Source: Macrostomum lignano
Lineage: Eukaryota
Assembly (NCBI GenBank): GCA_002269645.1
Contig: NIVC01002367.1
Coordinates: 62,001 to 126,000 of the forward strand
DNA: 64,000 nt
Direction: 5' to 3'
Shown: positions 1 to 12,895 of the stretch, piece after piece
Position numbering within the stretch: position 1 is the stretch's first letter
How the letters are laid out: each line of letters starts with the position of its first letter
Notes under the pieces: generated by a model
Seen by the model: only the letters and a program-made list of their open reading frames with translations
Told to the model about the DNA's origin: nothing
Databases searched by the model: none
Position numbers and translations under genes: made by a program

Positions 1-2
1 AT

Positions 3-1745
3 GCCTGGAGACATGTCCCAGGCGAGGAGAATCCGGCGGACGTTGCATCTCGAGGAACATCAGCGAGCAAGTTGAAGGCGGACGACAGCTGGTGGCACGG
101 TCCAGACTGGCTGGCACGACCTCCTGACGATTGGCCGACCAATCCTTTCTCAGCTTACCGACAGCGGCAGTTGCCGAGGAGCAAAAGACACAAGTGAACC
201 GTCCAGTTGTTCTGCTAACTGAAGCCGGTCCTGACATCAGTCTACAGAAGTTCTCAATGACACGAACTTCTCATCCTGGATCAAGCTGATTCGGGTGACA
301 GCCTATGTCCTACGCTTCGTCAGAAACCTGCAAGCTAGAACTTCTGCAGCGGGGGAGGAGCGAGTGGGACCACTGGCTGCAGCAGAAGTCCTTGAAGCTG
401 AAGAGCGCTGGCTGCGAGAAGTGCAGAAACGGAGTTTTCAAGCCGAAATTGCTCACATTCAGGAGTCAGCGGCCAGTACAGATCTCAGCAGGCAGTTGAA
501 TCTTTTTCTCGACAACAAGAGTATTCTCCGAAGCCAAGGTCGATTGAAGGAGTCCAACGCCTCTGCCGAGGTTGACTGTCCGATTCTGATCCCGAGCAAG
601 TCACACCTGGAGCTTCTTCTCATCTGGGACGCTCACGCCAAGGTTCTGCACGGGGGAGTGCCCAGCACTCTTTGTAAGCTGCGAGAGAGATTCTGGCTAA
701 TCAGAGGAAGACAGCGAGTCAAGTCGATCCTGAGAAGTTGCTTTGTCTGCAGACGTCTTCAAGGACTACCATATGCAGTGAAGCAAATCCCAGCCTTACC
801 TGAAGCACGCGTGAAGTCTGGGAGAGCCTTTGAGTGGTGCGGACTCGACTACTGCGGACCTGTCAAACTGATGGAGGACACAGAGATCGAGAAAGGCTAT
901 ATCCTGGTTTTCACCTGTGCGGCCACGCGAGCCCTTCACCTGGAACTGGTGAGCGACTTGACGACCGAGACCTTCCTGCGAGCCCTCCGACGGTTCTGTG
1001 CTCGAGAGGAATTCCCAATCTCATCAGTGACAACGCCAAGACATTCACCAAGGCTGCCAAAATACTTCAGGCGTCGGAGAGTCGACAAGTTCAAGACTTC
1101 TGCGCCACCAGGAAAATCACCTGGCAATTCATCGTCGAACGCGCACCGTGGCAAGGAGGCTTCTGGGAGCGACTGATGAGGGACATCAAGCTGGCTTTGC
1201 GCAAGACCATCCTCAACGCAACCCTGACGCTGGACGAACTGCGGACAGTGCTAATGGAGGTGGAAGCGGTGCTCAACAGTCGGCCTCTACTCTACGTGGA
1301 TGCCGAAACCAACGGAGAAGTCCTGACGCCGGCGCACTTTCTGGTCCTGCAACGGCTGACGGCGGAGCCAACTTCTAGCGGTACGCCCGAGCTCCTGCTG
1401 CCGTTGCCAACACTGCTGAGGCGAATGCGCGCCAGACTGCAAGCCTTCTGGGACTGCTGGGAGCGACAGTATCTGACCAGCCTGCGAGAACATAATCTAA
1501 GTCCCAAGCATGGCGTAACTCGAGAAGCGACGGCCGGCGACATCGTCCTGGTGAAAGGTGAGGCCGGGCAGCCGAGGCTTACCTGGTGTACCGGTGTCAT
1601 CGAGTCGGTGCATCCTGGCCGAGACGGGGCGGTGAGATCTGCAACGGTTCGAGTCGCGCCCAGACCTGGCCGCGGTGCCAGGAGATGCTTGATTCGCCGA
1701 CCGGTGGAGAACCTGATTTTGCTGGAAGCTGTGAAAACTGAATGA
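3..1745 (+). pseudogene. BEL pol fragment (integrase) with a 1-nt frameshift near 1005
   Basis: ORFs 295..1176 and 834..1745 join at FCAR/RGIPNLISDN with one missing base. Confidence 0.85.
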
Positions 1746-2099
1746 ACTTAAGTAACTGACTTTCAATGACTGTTCTAATCGTTGTTTCGAGTTTCTGTTT
1801 AGTTTTAGTTCGCAGTAATTTTCACTCCCTTTCAATCTTACCTTTTGAGCTCCTTAGCGCTGATTGGATTTTTTTGAGTTTCGTTTTCCCTTTGTTCCTA
1901 CTTTTTCGTTAACTCAGTACTCTGGTGATGGTGTGTCACATTTTTAGTCATCAAGTCTGTTGTAATGTTGGAGCGTTTTTTGTTGTTCATTTGTTTTTTG
2001 CTATTCGTTTCGTTTAATTTCATTTAAGTTAATAGCGAGTTTCCTTTTTCGAATATCAATGTTAAGTACTGTAATGATGAAGCATCATTAGGGGGAGTG

Positions 2100-2348
2100 T
2101 GTTGGATTTGGAGTGCCTGCGTACCGACCCTCTGCTATGTGTAGCGTCGCCAGTGTACACTTGGCGGTCCCCGTCTCAGAGTGTGTTGGGGTGGGGTTGA
2201 TGTGCGTGAGGCGTTGATGAGTTAGAGAGTTGGAGAGAGAGAACATCGATTTAATATATATGCAATAATTTAGCCACAGGGCTCATTTACCTGTTTTTTG
2301 TTAAAGTCTAACCCTCAGATTTTATTAGACTTAATTATTTCTTTAACA
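2100..2348 (+). repeat. Putative 3' LTR of the BEL element (TGTT...AACA)
   Basis: Starts TGTTGG right after the PPT and ends TTTAACA at 2348. No second LTR in the window to confirm. Confidence 0.55.
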
Positions 2349-2638
2349 ATGGGTGTGCTTATGGTCGTGAGTGGCTTATCTAGGGAATATAAGATCGATG
2401 GTCTTAACTATGCATTGGGGGTATTAATAAGCCGACTGAATTTAATTATTGATGCTTAAAAGAAGGAGGAATTTGTCTTCCTATGGAGTCATTTGTCATA
2501 GGTGAATGAGTTTTCTTTTTATTGCTACAGTATTTTAAGTGATAGACAAATAGGTATTTGTATTTCAATTTATTTATTAATTTCCATTAGTCCATGTTTT
2601 TACTAATACATGTTGAAACTTCTATTTTTTTAAATAGT

Positions 2639-2665
2639 GCCCCCCAAGGGGGCTCAGTATGCTAG
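2639..2665 (+). mobile_element. Helitron 3' terminus (GC hairpin + CTAG)
   Basis: GCCCCCCAAGGGGGC hairpin, then AGTATG-CTAG, followed by TC. Confidence 0.65.
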
Positions 2666-2829
2666 TCTCTCCTCATATCGGATTAAAAGTGCAACTACAA
2701 AAGGTTTTTTAAAAATGAAAGTTACCACAAATAAATATTGCAAAGAAAAACATTATTCAACAAAATGTTACTGATTATAGTGCATTAGATAGAGAATGAC
2801 AATATTTTCGCATGCTCGCGACGCAAAAG

Positions 2830-5800
2830 CAAAATCAAAGCGCACCCAAAGCGACCCGCTTCAGGTCGGTGCAGTGCCGCCTGCAAACTCTGGCGCCCTG
2901 CCGAATGGTCAACGAGTCGCCCTTGACCTTCTCAACCAGCCAGGGTGCCCACTCGAACGAAGTCTCGCCCTTGAGCGGATTTAGTCGGCGCCGCAGCACT
3001 GTGTGGCCGACTTTGAGACCGTGCGGTCTCGCCTGCCGTTGCTTGTGGGTGTAGCGCTTGCCCTTTGCCTTGCTGCTGGCGTCCTGCTGTCAGAGCCTGC
3101 TGTCCGCGATGGCCACCGGTCTCGAAGGCCTGACTGACGGGATGGCGTCGTTTGGGACGCGCTCGGCTGAAGCCCGGTTGGTGGTTCGCTGCGGCGTGCA
3201 ATGGTAGGCCACTTGTCAAGGGCCGCCCTCCAGTCGCGCTTCTGGGCAATGGCAGCTCGTACAATCTTATTGATGAAGCGGTTCAGGCGCTCGGTGATGC
3301 CGTTGGCCTGCGGATGCAGCGGTGTGATGAGACGCTTCCGGATTCCGTAGCTGTCCAGAAAGACTTTGAACTGGGCCGAGGAGAACGGCGGGCCGTTATC
3401 GGTGACCAGTACCTGCGGGATGCCGAATCTGGCGAACGAATTCCTCAGCTTGGGAATCAGCGCTTCGGCCGTTGTGGTCTGGACGATCTCGACTTCAGGA
3501 AAGCGCGAGTAATGGTCGACGCAGACGAGCAGCATGCTGCCTTGAATGGGGCCCAGCAGGTCTGCCCCTAGCGTCAGCCATGCAGCTTTCGGGATTGGCG
3601 TCGGCTTCAGCGGCGCCGCGGTCACGTCGGCCGCGTGCGACGTTGCTGCACAGGCTCGGCACGCACGCACAAAGAGCTCCGCTTCTGTCTGCATCCGCGG
3701 CCACCAGACTTTGGTGTTCAAACGGTCAACCGTCTTGCGCATGCACTGATGACAGCGGTTTGTGCCAGTTCCAACACCAGGCGCCAAAGCGCCGTTGGAA
3801 CTACGATCCGCTGGCCCCGCAGGAGCACGCCGTCCGCTGCCGATAGCTCGTCCCGTAGGGCGTGAAGCGATCGCATCTCCGCCGACTCGAGGCTCAATCG
3901 TCCTGTCTCCAGCGATCGAATAGCTGCTTGAATTGTTGCATCTTGCAGCGAACTCTCTTGCACTGAGGACAGCGACAGCGCATTCGGTATGGCCGCCTGG
4001 ACAATTGCAGCGATGCAGAGGGTGTCGAGCTCCTCGCCGACATTTCTTCCTTGTGTTGGCAGCGGCTGCCGGCTCAGCACGTCCGCTGGGTTTAGTGGTC
4101 CAGGCTGGTCTTCGACTGTGAATTTCATGTGCTGAATGCGCAGCGCCATTCTTTCGATCCTCGGGGGAGGCCTTGAGCCGCTGCTGAACAATGCGATGAG
4201 CGGCTTGTGGTCCGTCACCACCGTAAATGTCGGGGCGCCGTGGAGATAGTACTGAAATTTTAAGCAGCCGTATTTGACGGCCAGCGCCTCCTTCTCAGTC
4301 TCGGAGTAGCGCTGCTCGACACCGGACAGCGTCCGGCTGGCGTACGCGACGGGCCGGTTGGTGCCGTCCGCTTGCGTCTGCGTTAGGATCGCGCCCAGGC
4401 CCGCTGGGCCGGCGTCGACGATGAGTTGCGTCGCTAGGCGGTGGTTGAAGAAGGCGAGGGTGCCGCTGGCCGCAATCCGGGTCTTGACGTCACCGAAAGC
4501 TCGTTTCTCGAGGTCGGTCCATGCCCAGGGCTCGCCTTTCCTAGTCAGATTGCGCAGCGGCCTCGCTACGTCCGCCAGCCCGGGGGTGAATGAGGCCAGA
4601 TAGTTGGCCAGGCCTAGGAACGAGCGCACCTCTGTGGCAGTCTTTGGCTCGGCGAATGCGTGGATGGCCTCCAGCTTGGACTGGGTTGGTCTGAGCCCTT
4701 CACGAGACAGCCGCATCCCCATGAATGTGACCTCGGTACGAGCGAGCTTGCATTTTAACGGATTTAGCGTCAGCCCGTGCTGCGCAAGTCGTCGCAGACA
4801 TGCCTGCAGGTTGCTGTGGTGCTCCGCCACGCTATGCCCATACACGATGATGTCGTCGTGAATCCATTTTACTTTCGGGAGTCCAGCTAGCACGGATGAC
4901 ATTCCTGGGCCGCAGACAGTTCCATACAGAGCCGTGTCAGCCGCCGCAGGCCTCGTGGCGTCGAAAAAGTCAGAAGATGGCGGCATTCGTCGGCGACTGG
5001 GATTTGATAAAATGCTTTCGCAATGTCGAGCTCTCTGACTCTCTCTCTCGTCACCTCCTCGAATGTCGGGATGGGATGCCGCTCTCTAATGACCGACTTG
5101 TTCAGGTCTCTCAAGTCCTGCGTAATCCTGATCTCGCCTGGAGTCTGCTTGGGAACGACGACGATGCGAGCTACCCACTGACAGGGGCCTTTAACCGGCT
5201 CGATGATGCCTTGGTCCTCGAGGCACTGCAGCTCGTCGTCGACTGCCTGTGCGAGATGTATTGGCACCCTTGATGGGGAATGACAGACCGGCCTGGCTCC
5301 CTCTTCTAGGAAGATGCGGGCGGCATAGTTTTGAGCCTGCCGATTCCGCCGAAGACTTGTGCGTTCTCCGTCAGGAGTTCGTCCAGGGCCGGTGCCCCCG
5401 GCGCATGTAGGACTTCTTTTGGGATCCCTGCTAGCATGCTGTCCAGCGAGACCTCGGGAGACGGACGCAGCTGGCATGCCACCTTGTTCTCCGGGCCGAC
5501 TCGCAGAATCTGAAGTCTTTCAGCGCTTCTCCGGCCAATGATGCAAGCGCCCTCACCGTCGAGCACCAAGAACGGTAGTGTCTCATGGATCTCTAACACG
5601 CTGACTTACAGGTCTGCCTTGCCCAGCAGTCTCAGTGGCTCTTGGCTTCCGTACGGGTAGACCTTGTCGCTGGCGGGCTGCAGCGCGGCTTTTTGCGGCA
5701 TCCAGTCGTAGGCTGCCCTGTCGATGATGTTGAAGGCCGCGCCGCTGTCGATGAGCACATTTGTCTTGAGCGCGTTAATGGTCGCAGGCGTCCAAGCTGA

Positions 5801-6610
5801 GCCGCAGTTCCGTAGGGTGAATAGCTCGTGCTCGACGAGGTCGTCCTGCAGATATTCGACTCGTCCTGGCGGAGCGTCTTCCTGCGGTTCGTTAACGGTC
5901 CTCAGAGGGACTTTAGCTGCTCTTCGACACGCCCGAGCGAAATGACCCATCTTTCCGCAGCGTCGACATGCCTTGTTGCGGGCTGCCTCGCACGTCCGAT
6001 GCCCTGGCCGCCCGCAGCGATCGCAGTTAATGCCGCTGTCTTGCCGCGGCAGCCGGCCTGGTTGAATGCGATGGTTGGTTACGAGGTGGGCGCAGCGCCC
6101 CCACATTCGAAGCGGCAGGATGGCCCGTGTCGGCAGCGGTGCCGATCTCCATGGCCTGGGCCTGCTGCTCCGCTGTCTCCCTCGCTCGGATTCGCTTCAT
6201 AACGTCGTCCAAGGAGACATCGTTGAGCTGCAGGAGTTCCCTCCTGATCCTCTCGGAGCGGTAATGAGCCACGATCTTGTCCCTGATGAGCGAGTCTCGG
6301 AGTTCGCCGAATGTGCATTGGTCTGCAGCCTTGCGTAGCCGATGGTACGAGGCCTCAATTGACTCTCCTTCCTCCTGCCGGCAGATTTCAATTTGGTACC
6401 TGAGGAAGACAACGCTGTTCTTTTGGTCGAAGATTCCCTGCAACTCTTTGATGAGCTCCTCGGCGGACTCTCCTTTCTTCACGCCGTTATCGTCCATGAA
6501 GTCTTCCAGCTTCTCGCCTGCTGTGTAAACTAAAAGTTCCAGCTGCTGTGTCGCATCTGTGATGCCGGCTGCGCGTTTCTAGCTGTTGAACCTTTGCTTC
6601 CATGTTTTCA
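2830..6610 (-). mobile_element. Decayed Ty3/Gypsy retrotransposon internal region (gag, zinc knuckle, protease, RT, RNase H, integrase); no LTRs seen
   Basis: gag RDSLIRDKIV; CDRCGRPGH/CRRCGKMGHFARAC; protease LIDSGA; RT LDIAKAFYQ and IHDDIIV; RNase H VDAGPAGLGA, YSETEKEALA, TDHKPL; integrase GADLLGP, VTDNGPPF, HPQANGITER. Several frameshifts and deletions. Confidence 0.92.
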
Positions 6611-9387
6611 GTGACCTCGCGGTGCGTCATGCTTGATCACTAGCACTACGTCATCTTCCTGCAGGTTTCTCTGTTGGTCGGTTCATTTTGACCTCGGTTG
6701 CAGGCCGGGTAGCCACTCTCGCATCCATCGCCGCCACACATGCGTCACGAGCTCCTGTCCCGTCGCCAGCGCTTTCTTGGACTGATCGCTACCTCTTCCG
6801 ATACATCCGGTGCAAACTGCCCTCCGGCTTGTCCGTGCAGAAAATGATTGGGCGTTAACGGTGCCTCGTCCATCGGGTTGGCCGTCTGGTACGTGATTGG
6901 GCGCGAGTTAATGAGCGCCTCTGCACCGGTGATCGCTGAATGCAACTCCTCATCGTTAACATCCGCGTTGCCAAGGATCGCGCTCAGTGCCCGCTTCGCT
7001 GCGCGGATCATTATTTCATGCGCTCCACCAAAATGTGGTGCTGCCGGCGGCTGAAAGCTCCATCTCACTCCGTGCACTGCTGTCTTCTCTTGCCATTTGG
7101 TCTTGTTTACACTTTCCAGTTGCTTGAGCTCTTCTGCTCCTTTTACGAAGTTTCCGCCGTTGTCTGAGTGCATGATCTTTGGCAGACCTCGACGGTTGAC
7201 CATGCGGTAGAACGCATTCAAAAACGAGTCAGTGTCGAGCCCGAAGGTCATCTCTAAATGCACCGCGCGTGTCTCTAGGCACGTGAACAGAGCTATGTAG
7301 CGCTTCTGGCGTCGCTTTCCTCGTCCTTGAATGGTAATGAACGGACCGCCCATGTCGACCGCCACATGCGTGAATGCCTTGAGCGAGAAAGCGAGGCGCG
7401 CTTCTGGCAGCGGTGCCATCTGCTGGGTTGCGGGACGTGCTCGCCGTTTCCTGCAAACCGCACATTCGAGCTCCCACTGACGAATCGCCTCTCTGACTCC
7501 GATGATCCAATACTTCGATGCAATTGCGGCCAAGACATCGTTTGTGCCTCCATGTGCTCGCTCCTCATGAAATTTCTTGATTAGCAGCATAGTGATCCGG
7601 TGCTTTCTCGGCAGAGTGAACGCTTCATCCTGTGCGGATTTCACAAGCCGCTCTTCTACATCTTCCAACTCGTCCGCCTTCAGCTCGCCAATCTCTCGAA
7701 ACTCTGGACTTTTCCGGCAGTTCCTCAAGAAGCGCAGAACATAAGCCATGACTCGCTGCAGTCTTCTAAAGTCAGAAAATCGAGTTGGGTCCAACCGCCA
7801 TCTTTTTCCCATTGTCTCCGCTTCCGCGACGAATGTCCGCCCCTGGCGCTGCTCACTTGGACCCAGGGCGACCATCCCGTCACGCTTCTTGGCCGAGTTG
7901 GAAATCCATTTGCGTGCTCTCATCCCGGCTCGGCTCCACAACTCGGTCAGCTGTTCGTACAATTGGATCGCTTGCGGCACATCTGCATGCATGCGGAATC
8001 TTAGCAGCACCTTGAAGAGATCATTTTGCAGTTTTGGGCCAGCGAAGATGGCATCGTTCAAGCAGATTCCATTGCAGCGTGCTGATGCATCAAAGACAAT
8101 GCGCGTCATTGTGGTGTCTTTGTTCGCTCGCACTACTGCGAAGTGCGGCAGGTACCACTCACCCGCCACTGGCACTGTGCCGTCAACTTCTTCTATGTAA
8201 CCTTTAACCAGATGTCCGTCAAGCACCTCCTGGTACGCCTTTGCCGGATCTAGATCTTTCCGCAAACGCTTTTCAGTGCACTCTAACCGATGCAGGGCTG
8301 CATTCCTGTTGCTAGGCAATGCCGTTGGATTCGCCTTCCACGGAGTCGTCACTTGATATCGTCCAGCTTGAAACTTCAGGTTTGCTTCAACCATCTGCAC
8401 CGCCTTGCGTTCTTCTTCTGACAGCAACGCTCAGGGCGATGTATCCGGCACCTCTTCAACCTCCCAGAATTTCTTTAGCACTTCCGCAACATCTTCCTCA
8501 TGCGCCAAACTGAAGAATGATTGCTGACTTTCATCCAAGTTGTCCGCCGACGCCTGATCCAACTGTCCAACACAGGTCCACCCGATTGGCGTTAGCCTTG
8601 CAATCGGTTCACCGGGCAATCCTCCAACTTCTCGACAGGCGAAATGCAGATCTGCATGATCAACTCCAATCAATATGTCGACAGTCTGTTTGCCTTCAAT
8701 CTTATCGAATGGAATGCTGCGCAAGTGGCTCCACTGTCTGGCCAAATTGCTCCAATCGACTGCTTTCAAATCACCTGTCACTCTTTCCGTTGTGTGCGCT
8801 GACACTCTCGCCCGAAAGGTTCCATCTAAACTCCGGATGCCGACCTCCACTGGTGCTGTTTGAAAAGTGCTTACGTGGCCATTCAACACTTTTACTTACA
8901 TCACCTCCACTTTCCCTTCCAGGTTGAGCTCCGCTGCTATATCCGAGTTCAAGTAGGTACGCGTACTCGCGTCGTCAAGTATGGCGTTGACTCGCAGCTC
9001 CCGATTACCGTTTGACAGGATCACTGGTACCGTTCTCAAGGAGATAGGTGCTGCACCTTGCGCCAACAACGTACAGGACTCCTGCTGTTTGCTGTCTTTA
9101 CCTCCAGCTTGACCGACCGGCTTCTGGGACTTCTTGCTCGCGCTTGATCGCCCCCCTTCGTGCTTAAACGCCATTGGATTATTGCGGGTCTCATGCAGCA
9201 ACCTGTTGTGTCTCGCCTTGCAGTTGTCCACTCCACAGCTCATTCCACGCTTGCAAGCACCGCTCAAGTGATTTTTTCCCAGGCAGCTAAAGCACAGTTG
9301 CTTCTGTTTTACCACTTCCCACCTGGCCTGCGAATCCATTCTTAGAAACTTCAGACACTTCCACACTCCATGCTTCTCATTGCACAA
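6611..9387 (-). pseudogene. BEL zinc knuckle/protease/pol remnant
   Basis: ORFs 8896..9387, 8431..8889 and 6745..8427. The RT core is absent between FRMHA and DVPQAIQL. Confidence 0.85.
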
Positions 9388-10987
9388 GCTGCAGCTTTTC
9401 GTTCCTCATTCTGCTCCCTTCTATTGTCACTCACGTTGACACTGCCGCCAAAGTGCGTGCGCCCCGGCTCTCCACGGCCTTGTCGTGCTTTCGGTTGTGA
9501 CTCTCCAGTAACTCCTTTTACCGCTTCCATGGCTACCGTCTGGTACTCTGCTTCAGCTAACAACCATTGGTGCAGCACACTCAGCGAGTCTTCTCGTCTC
9601 CCTTCTCCGACCCACCGATGGAATCGTGCAAGCATGTCGGCTTGGAGTTTCTTTTGCACTCTCAAATAGAGCAGACCGTTGCTATTAAGCTCCACTTCTC
9701 TGCCTGCCGCCTTCAAATTCACCACGGTGACATCGAGCAAATCGGCCAGCTGCTTCAACCGGGACGGGTTCTCCACTTGGATCGGTGGAAAATTATCCAG
9801 CTCCTCCAGTGCTAACACCAACCTACGCCGCTCTCCACCATACTCCCGCTCAAGCCTTTCCAGAGCCGCTTTGTAGGCGAACTCCGAGTAGCCAAGATTC
9901 GCAACAAGTTTTAATGCCTCTCCTCGCAGCGACTGGCGCAATTGCAACAACTTATAGGCCTCTGAAGATGGCGAGGCATGCACGCAGGCATAGAAAGCCG
10001 CCCGCCATCCTTCAAACTCCCGTTTGTCTCCACTAAACACCGGTATCGCAACTCTCTGCAACTGCCTCCTCATTCATCATTTACCAATGAATCCTGACCG
10101 ATTCTCTCCTCAGCCCAAGCTTTCGCTGTACATTCTGCTGCGGCGGCCGGTGAAGCCCCAATTGGCGAATTAGCTCCACCGTACATAGCTTGGATACCTA
10201 GCTGTCCGCGGGGTTGGTTAGAATCAGCGTGGTTACACTTGCCGCCAGTTGGGGTGGGTGGTATTGATTTTTCTCCGGCCTTTACTCTCTCACCCCCTTG
10301 CTCAGCGCTCCTTAGTTGATCTGACACTCCCCCAATTAAGGGGTTGACTGAAGGGTCGGCTTGAACCATGGGGTTGGCGACTGGTACTGAGTACGCAGCT
10401 TGCGATTGGACGGCCGCTTCTACCCGTAGTTGAGAGGAGTACAATTGATCATTTGCACTCGCTGACGTCTCTGCCAGTCTTAGCGCATCCAATCTGACTT
10501 CTAACTCGCGCTGCCTCTCTGCAAACTCCTGCTGCATTCTGCGTTCCTCCTCCTCCATCTCTATCCGCTGCCGCCTGACTGCCTCCAACTCCTTCTGTCG
10601 CATCTCTTTCTGCTCGATCTCCCTCGACTCTAGTCGTACCTCTCGGTCCCTCTTGCGCAATTCTCTCAGCAAATTTACAATCTCACCGTACTCAGTCTCC
10701 AGCTTTTCCAACTCCTTTACTGTCTGGACTTGCACTGATAGATTCCCGACGACCTCGGGCAGAATCGCTTGTAGCACCGCACTAACTCGCTCGTAGTGGT
10801 CATCCAGAGTGCCGGCCAGCGGTTCCACGTCCGCCAAAGTAGCTCCGTCCGAGCCCAACACCTTCAGTAGACGATTCCGTTGCTTCGTGAACGCGCACTT
10901 GTCGACCGCTTCTCTGGCCTTCAGCGAAATGAGATGGCTGTCTCCCTCCGGCACTTGTTCTTGCATCTCTGCTTCTTCATCAGACAT
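9351..10987 (-). pseudogene. BEL gag (coiled coil + DUF1759-like), split by stop/frameshift
   Basis: ORFs 10070..10987 and 9351..10073; FSGDKREFEGWRAAF and KLLQLRQSLRGEALKLV motifs. Confidence 0.8.
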
Positions 10988-11005
10988 TTTTTACCAATGA
11001 AGTAG

Positions 11006-11023
11006 AACCACGCTCTGCTACCA
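11006..11023 (-). promoter_or_regulatory. Primer-binding site complementary to initiator tRNA-Met
   Basis: Minus strand TGGTAGCAGAGCGTGGTT, 2 nt after an AACA LTR end. Matches the known iMet PBS TGGTAGCAGAGGATGGTT at 16/18. Confidence 0.85.
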
Positions 11024-11025
11024 GA

Positions 11026-11297
11026 TGTTTTGATGGTTCATGCAATAAATTGAGTCTTCGCAGTAAGCGACTATTTTTCGGCTACTAGCCAAACGAACAA
11101 AACAACCAGCCTGCGCACTCTCTCTGGAGAGACTGATAACTATATATTGCAATAATTTTAAATAAATGGGGTGGGTGCTGCTGAACATTATAAATGGCGG
11201 CTGGGGCTGAAACGTACGTATACCAAAATCTCTGATATGAAAGTTACGCGTAGGTGAATGAAAAGTACACTCGTACATGTAAGCCATCTCCTAAACA
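11026..11297 (-). repeat. 5' LTR of the second BEL element (start uncertain, 11269-11297)
   Basis: Ends AACA just before the PBS. Several TGT candidates for the start. Confidence 0.55.
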
Positions 11298-11369
11298 AGT
11301 AGTGCAAAATGATTTTTTTATTAAAACACCTTAACAACACAAAATGCTAAACATAAAAAAGCGCAATGT

Positions 11370-12895
11370 CAAACATAAAAGAGCGACCACGTCAAACATA
11401 AAAGAGCCACCATGTCAGATATAAAAAGCCACCATGTCAAACATAAAAGAGCCACCTTATCAAACATAAAAGAGCTACCATGTCACACTTAAAAGAGCCA
11501 TCATGCCAAACATAAAAGAGCCACCATGTCGAACATAAAAGAGCCACCATGCCAAACATAAAAGAGCCACCATGTCAAACATAAAAGAGCCATCATGTCA
11601 AACATAAAAGAGCCACCATGTCGAACATTAATGAGCCACGTTTTAAAACATTAAAGAGCCACCATGTCAAACATATACGTGACTCCATGTCAAACAATAA
11701 ACATAAAAGAGAAACCATGCCACAAATAAGGGAGCCACCATGTTAAACATTAAAGAGCCCCTTTGTCGAATATATACGTGACTCCATGTCAAACATACAT
11801 GTGATTTTATGTCAAACATAAAAGAGCCAACATGTCAAACATAAAAGAGCCACCATGTCAGATATAAAAAGCCACCATGTCAAACATAAAAGAGCCACCT
11901 TATCAAACATAAAAGAGCTACCATGTCACACTTAAAAGAGCCATCATGCCAAACATAAAAGAGCCACCATGTCGAACATAAAAGAGCCACCATGCCAAAC
12001 ATAAAAGAGCCACCATGTCAAACATAAAAGAGCCATCATGTCAAACATAAAAGAGCCACCATGTCGAACATTAAAGAGCCACGTTTTAAAACATTAAAGA
12101 GCCACCATGTCAAACATATACGTGACTCCATGTCAAACAATAAACATAAAAGAGAAACCATGCCACAAATAAGGGAGCCACCATGTTAAACATTAAAGAG
12201 CCCCTTTGTCGAATATATACGTGACTCCATGTCAAACATACATGTGATTTTATGTCAAACATAAAAGAGCCAACATGTCAAACATAAAAGAGCCACCATG
12301 TCAACCATATACGTGACTCCATATCGAACATATACGTGACACTATTTCAAACATTAAAGAGCCACCATATCAAACATAAAAGAACCACCATGTCAAACAT
12401 AAAAGAATCACCACGTCAAACATATAAGTGACCCCATATCAAACATAAAAGTGCCACAATTTCAAATATTAAAAAGCCACCATGTCGAACATTTAAGAGC
12501 CACCATGTCAAACATTAAAGAGACACCATGTCAAACATAAAATAACCATCATGTCAAACATAAAAGAACCACCATATCAAACATATACGTGACTCCATGT
12601 CAAACATTAAAGAGACACCATGCCAAACATAAAAAAGCGACCATGACGAACATATACGTGACTCCATGTCGAACATATCCGTGACTCCATGTCAAACATA
12701 AAGGAGCCACCATTTCAAACAAAAAAATAACCACCATGTCAAACATTAAAGAGGCACACTTTCAAACATAAAAGAGCCATTATGTCAAACATAAAAGAGC
12801 CACCATGTATAACATTAAAGAGCCACCATGTCAAACATAAAAGAGCCACTATGTCAAACATTAAAGAGCCAACATTTTAAACATAAAAAGAACTG
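11370..12895 (+). repeat. ~21-bp satellite (CCACCATGTCAAACATAAAAGAG-type) with a ~443-bp higher-order duplication
   Basis: Direct reading. The variant TCAGATATAAAAAGCC recurs at 11415 and 11858 with the same run of variants following. Confidence 0.95.

Larger units (their letters stand above)
1..2348 (+). mobile_element. BEL/Pao LTR retrotransposon, 3' part (end of RNase H region, integrase, PPT, 3' LTR)
   Basis: Translation shows WRHVPGEENPADVASRG and WWHGPDWL, integrase zinc finger H..H..C..C, GLDYCGP, ISDNAKTF, APWQGGFWER and LTPAHFL, all typical of BEL pol. Purine tract AGGGGGAG at ~2090-2097 precedes TGTTGG. Confidence 0.9.
6611..11297 (-). mobile_element. Decayed BEL/Pao LTR retrotransposon (5' LTR, PBS, gag, protease, internally deleted pol); 3' end lost
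   Basis: Coiled-coil gag 10070..10987; DUF1759-like 9351..10073; CxxC..H...C knuckles; ILDDAS protease; YLPHFAV; integrase VDMGGP, HSDNGGNF, APHFGGAHE, LTPNHFL. Continues frameshifted as QELVTHVWRRWMREWLPGL to ~6611. Confidence 0.92.

Noticed and set aside
6722-6736. TGGCGGCGATGGATG looked like a Gypsy primer-binding site
   Set aside because: It encodes VWRRWM of the BEL integrase C-terminus, which continues to ~6611.
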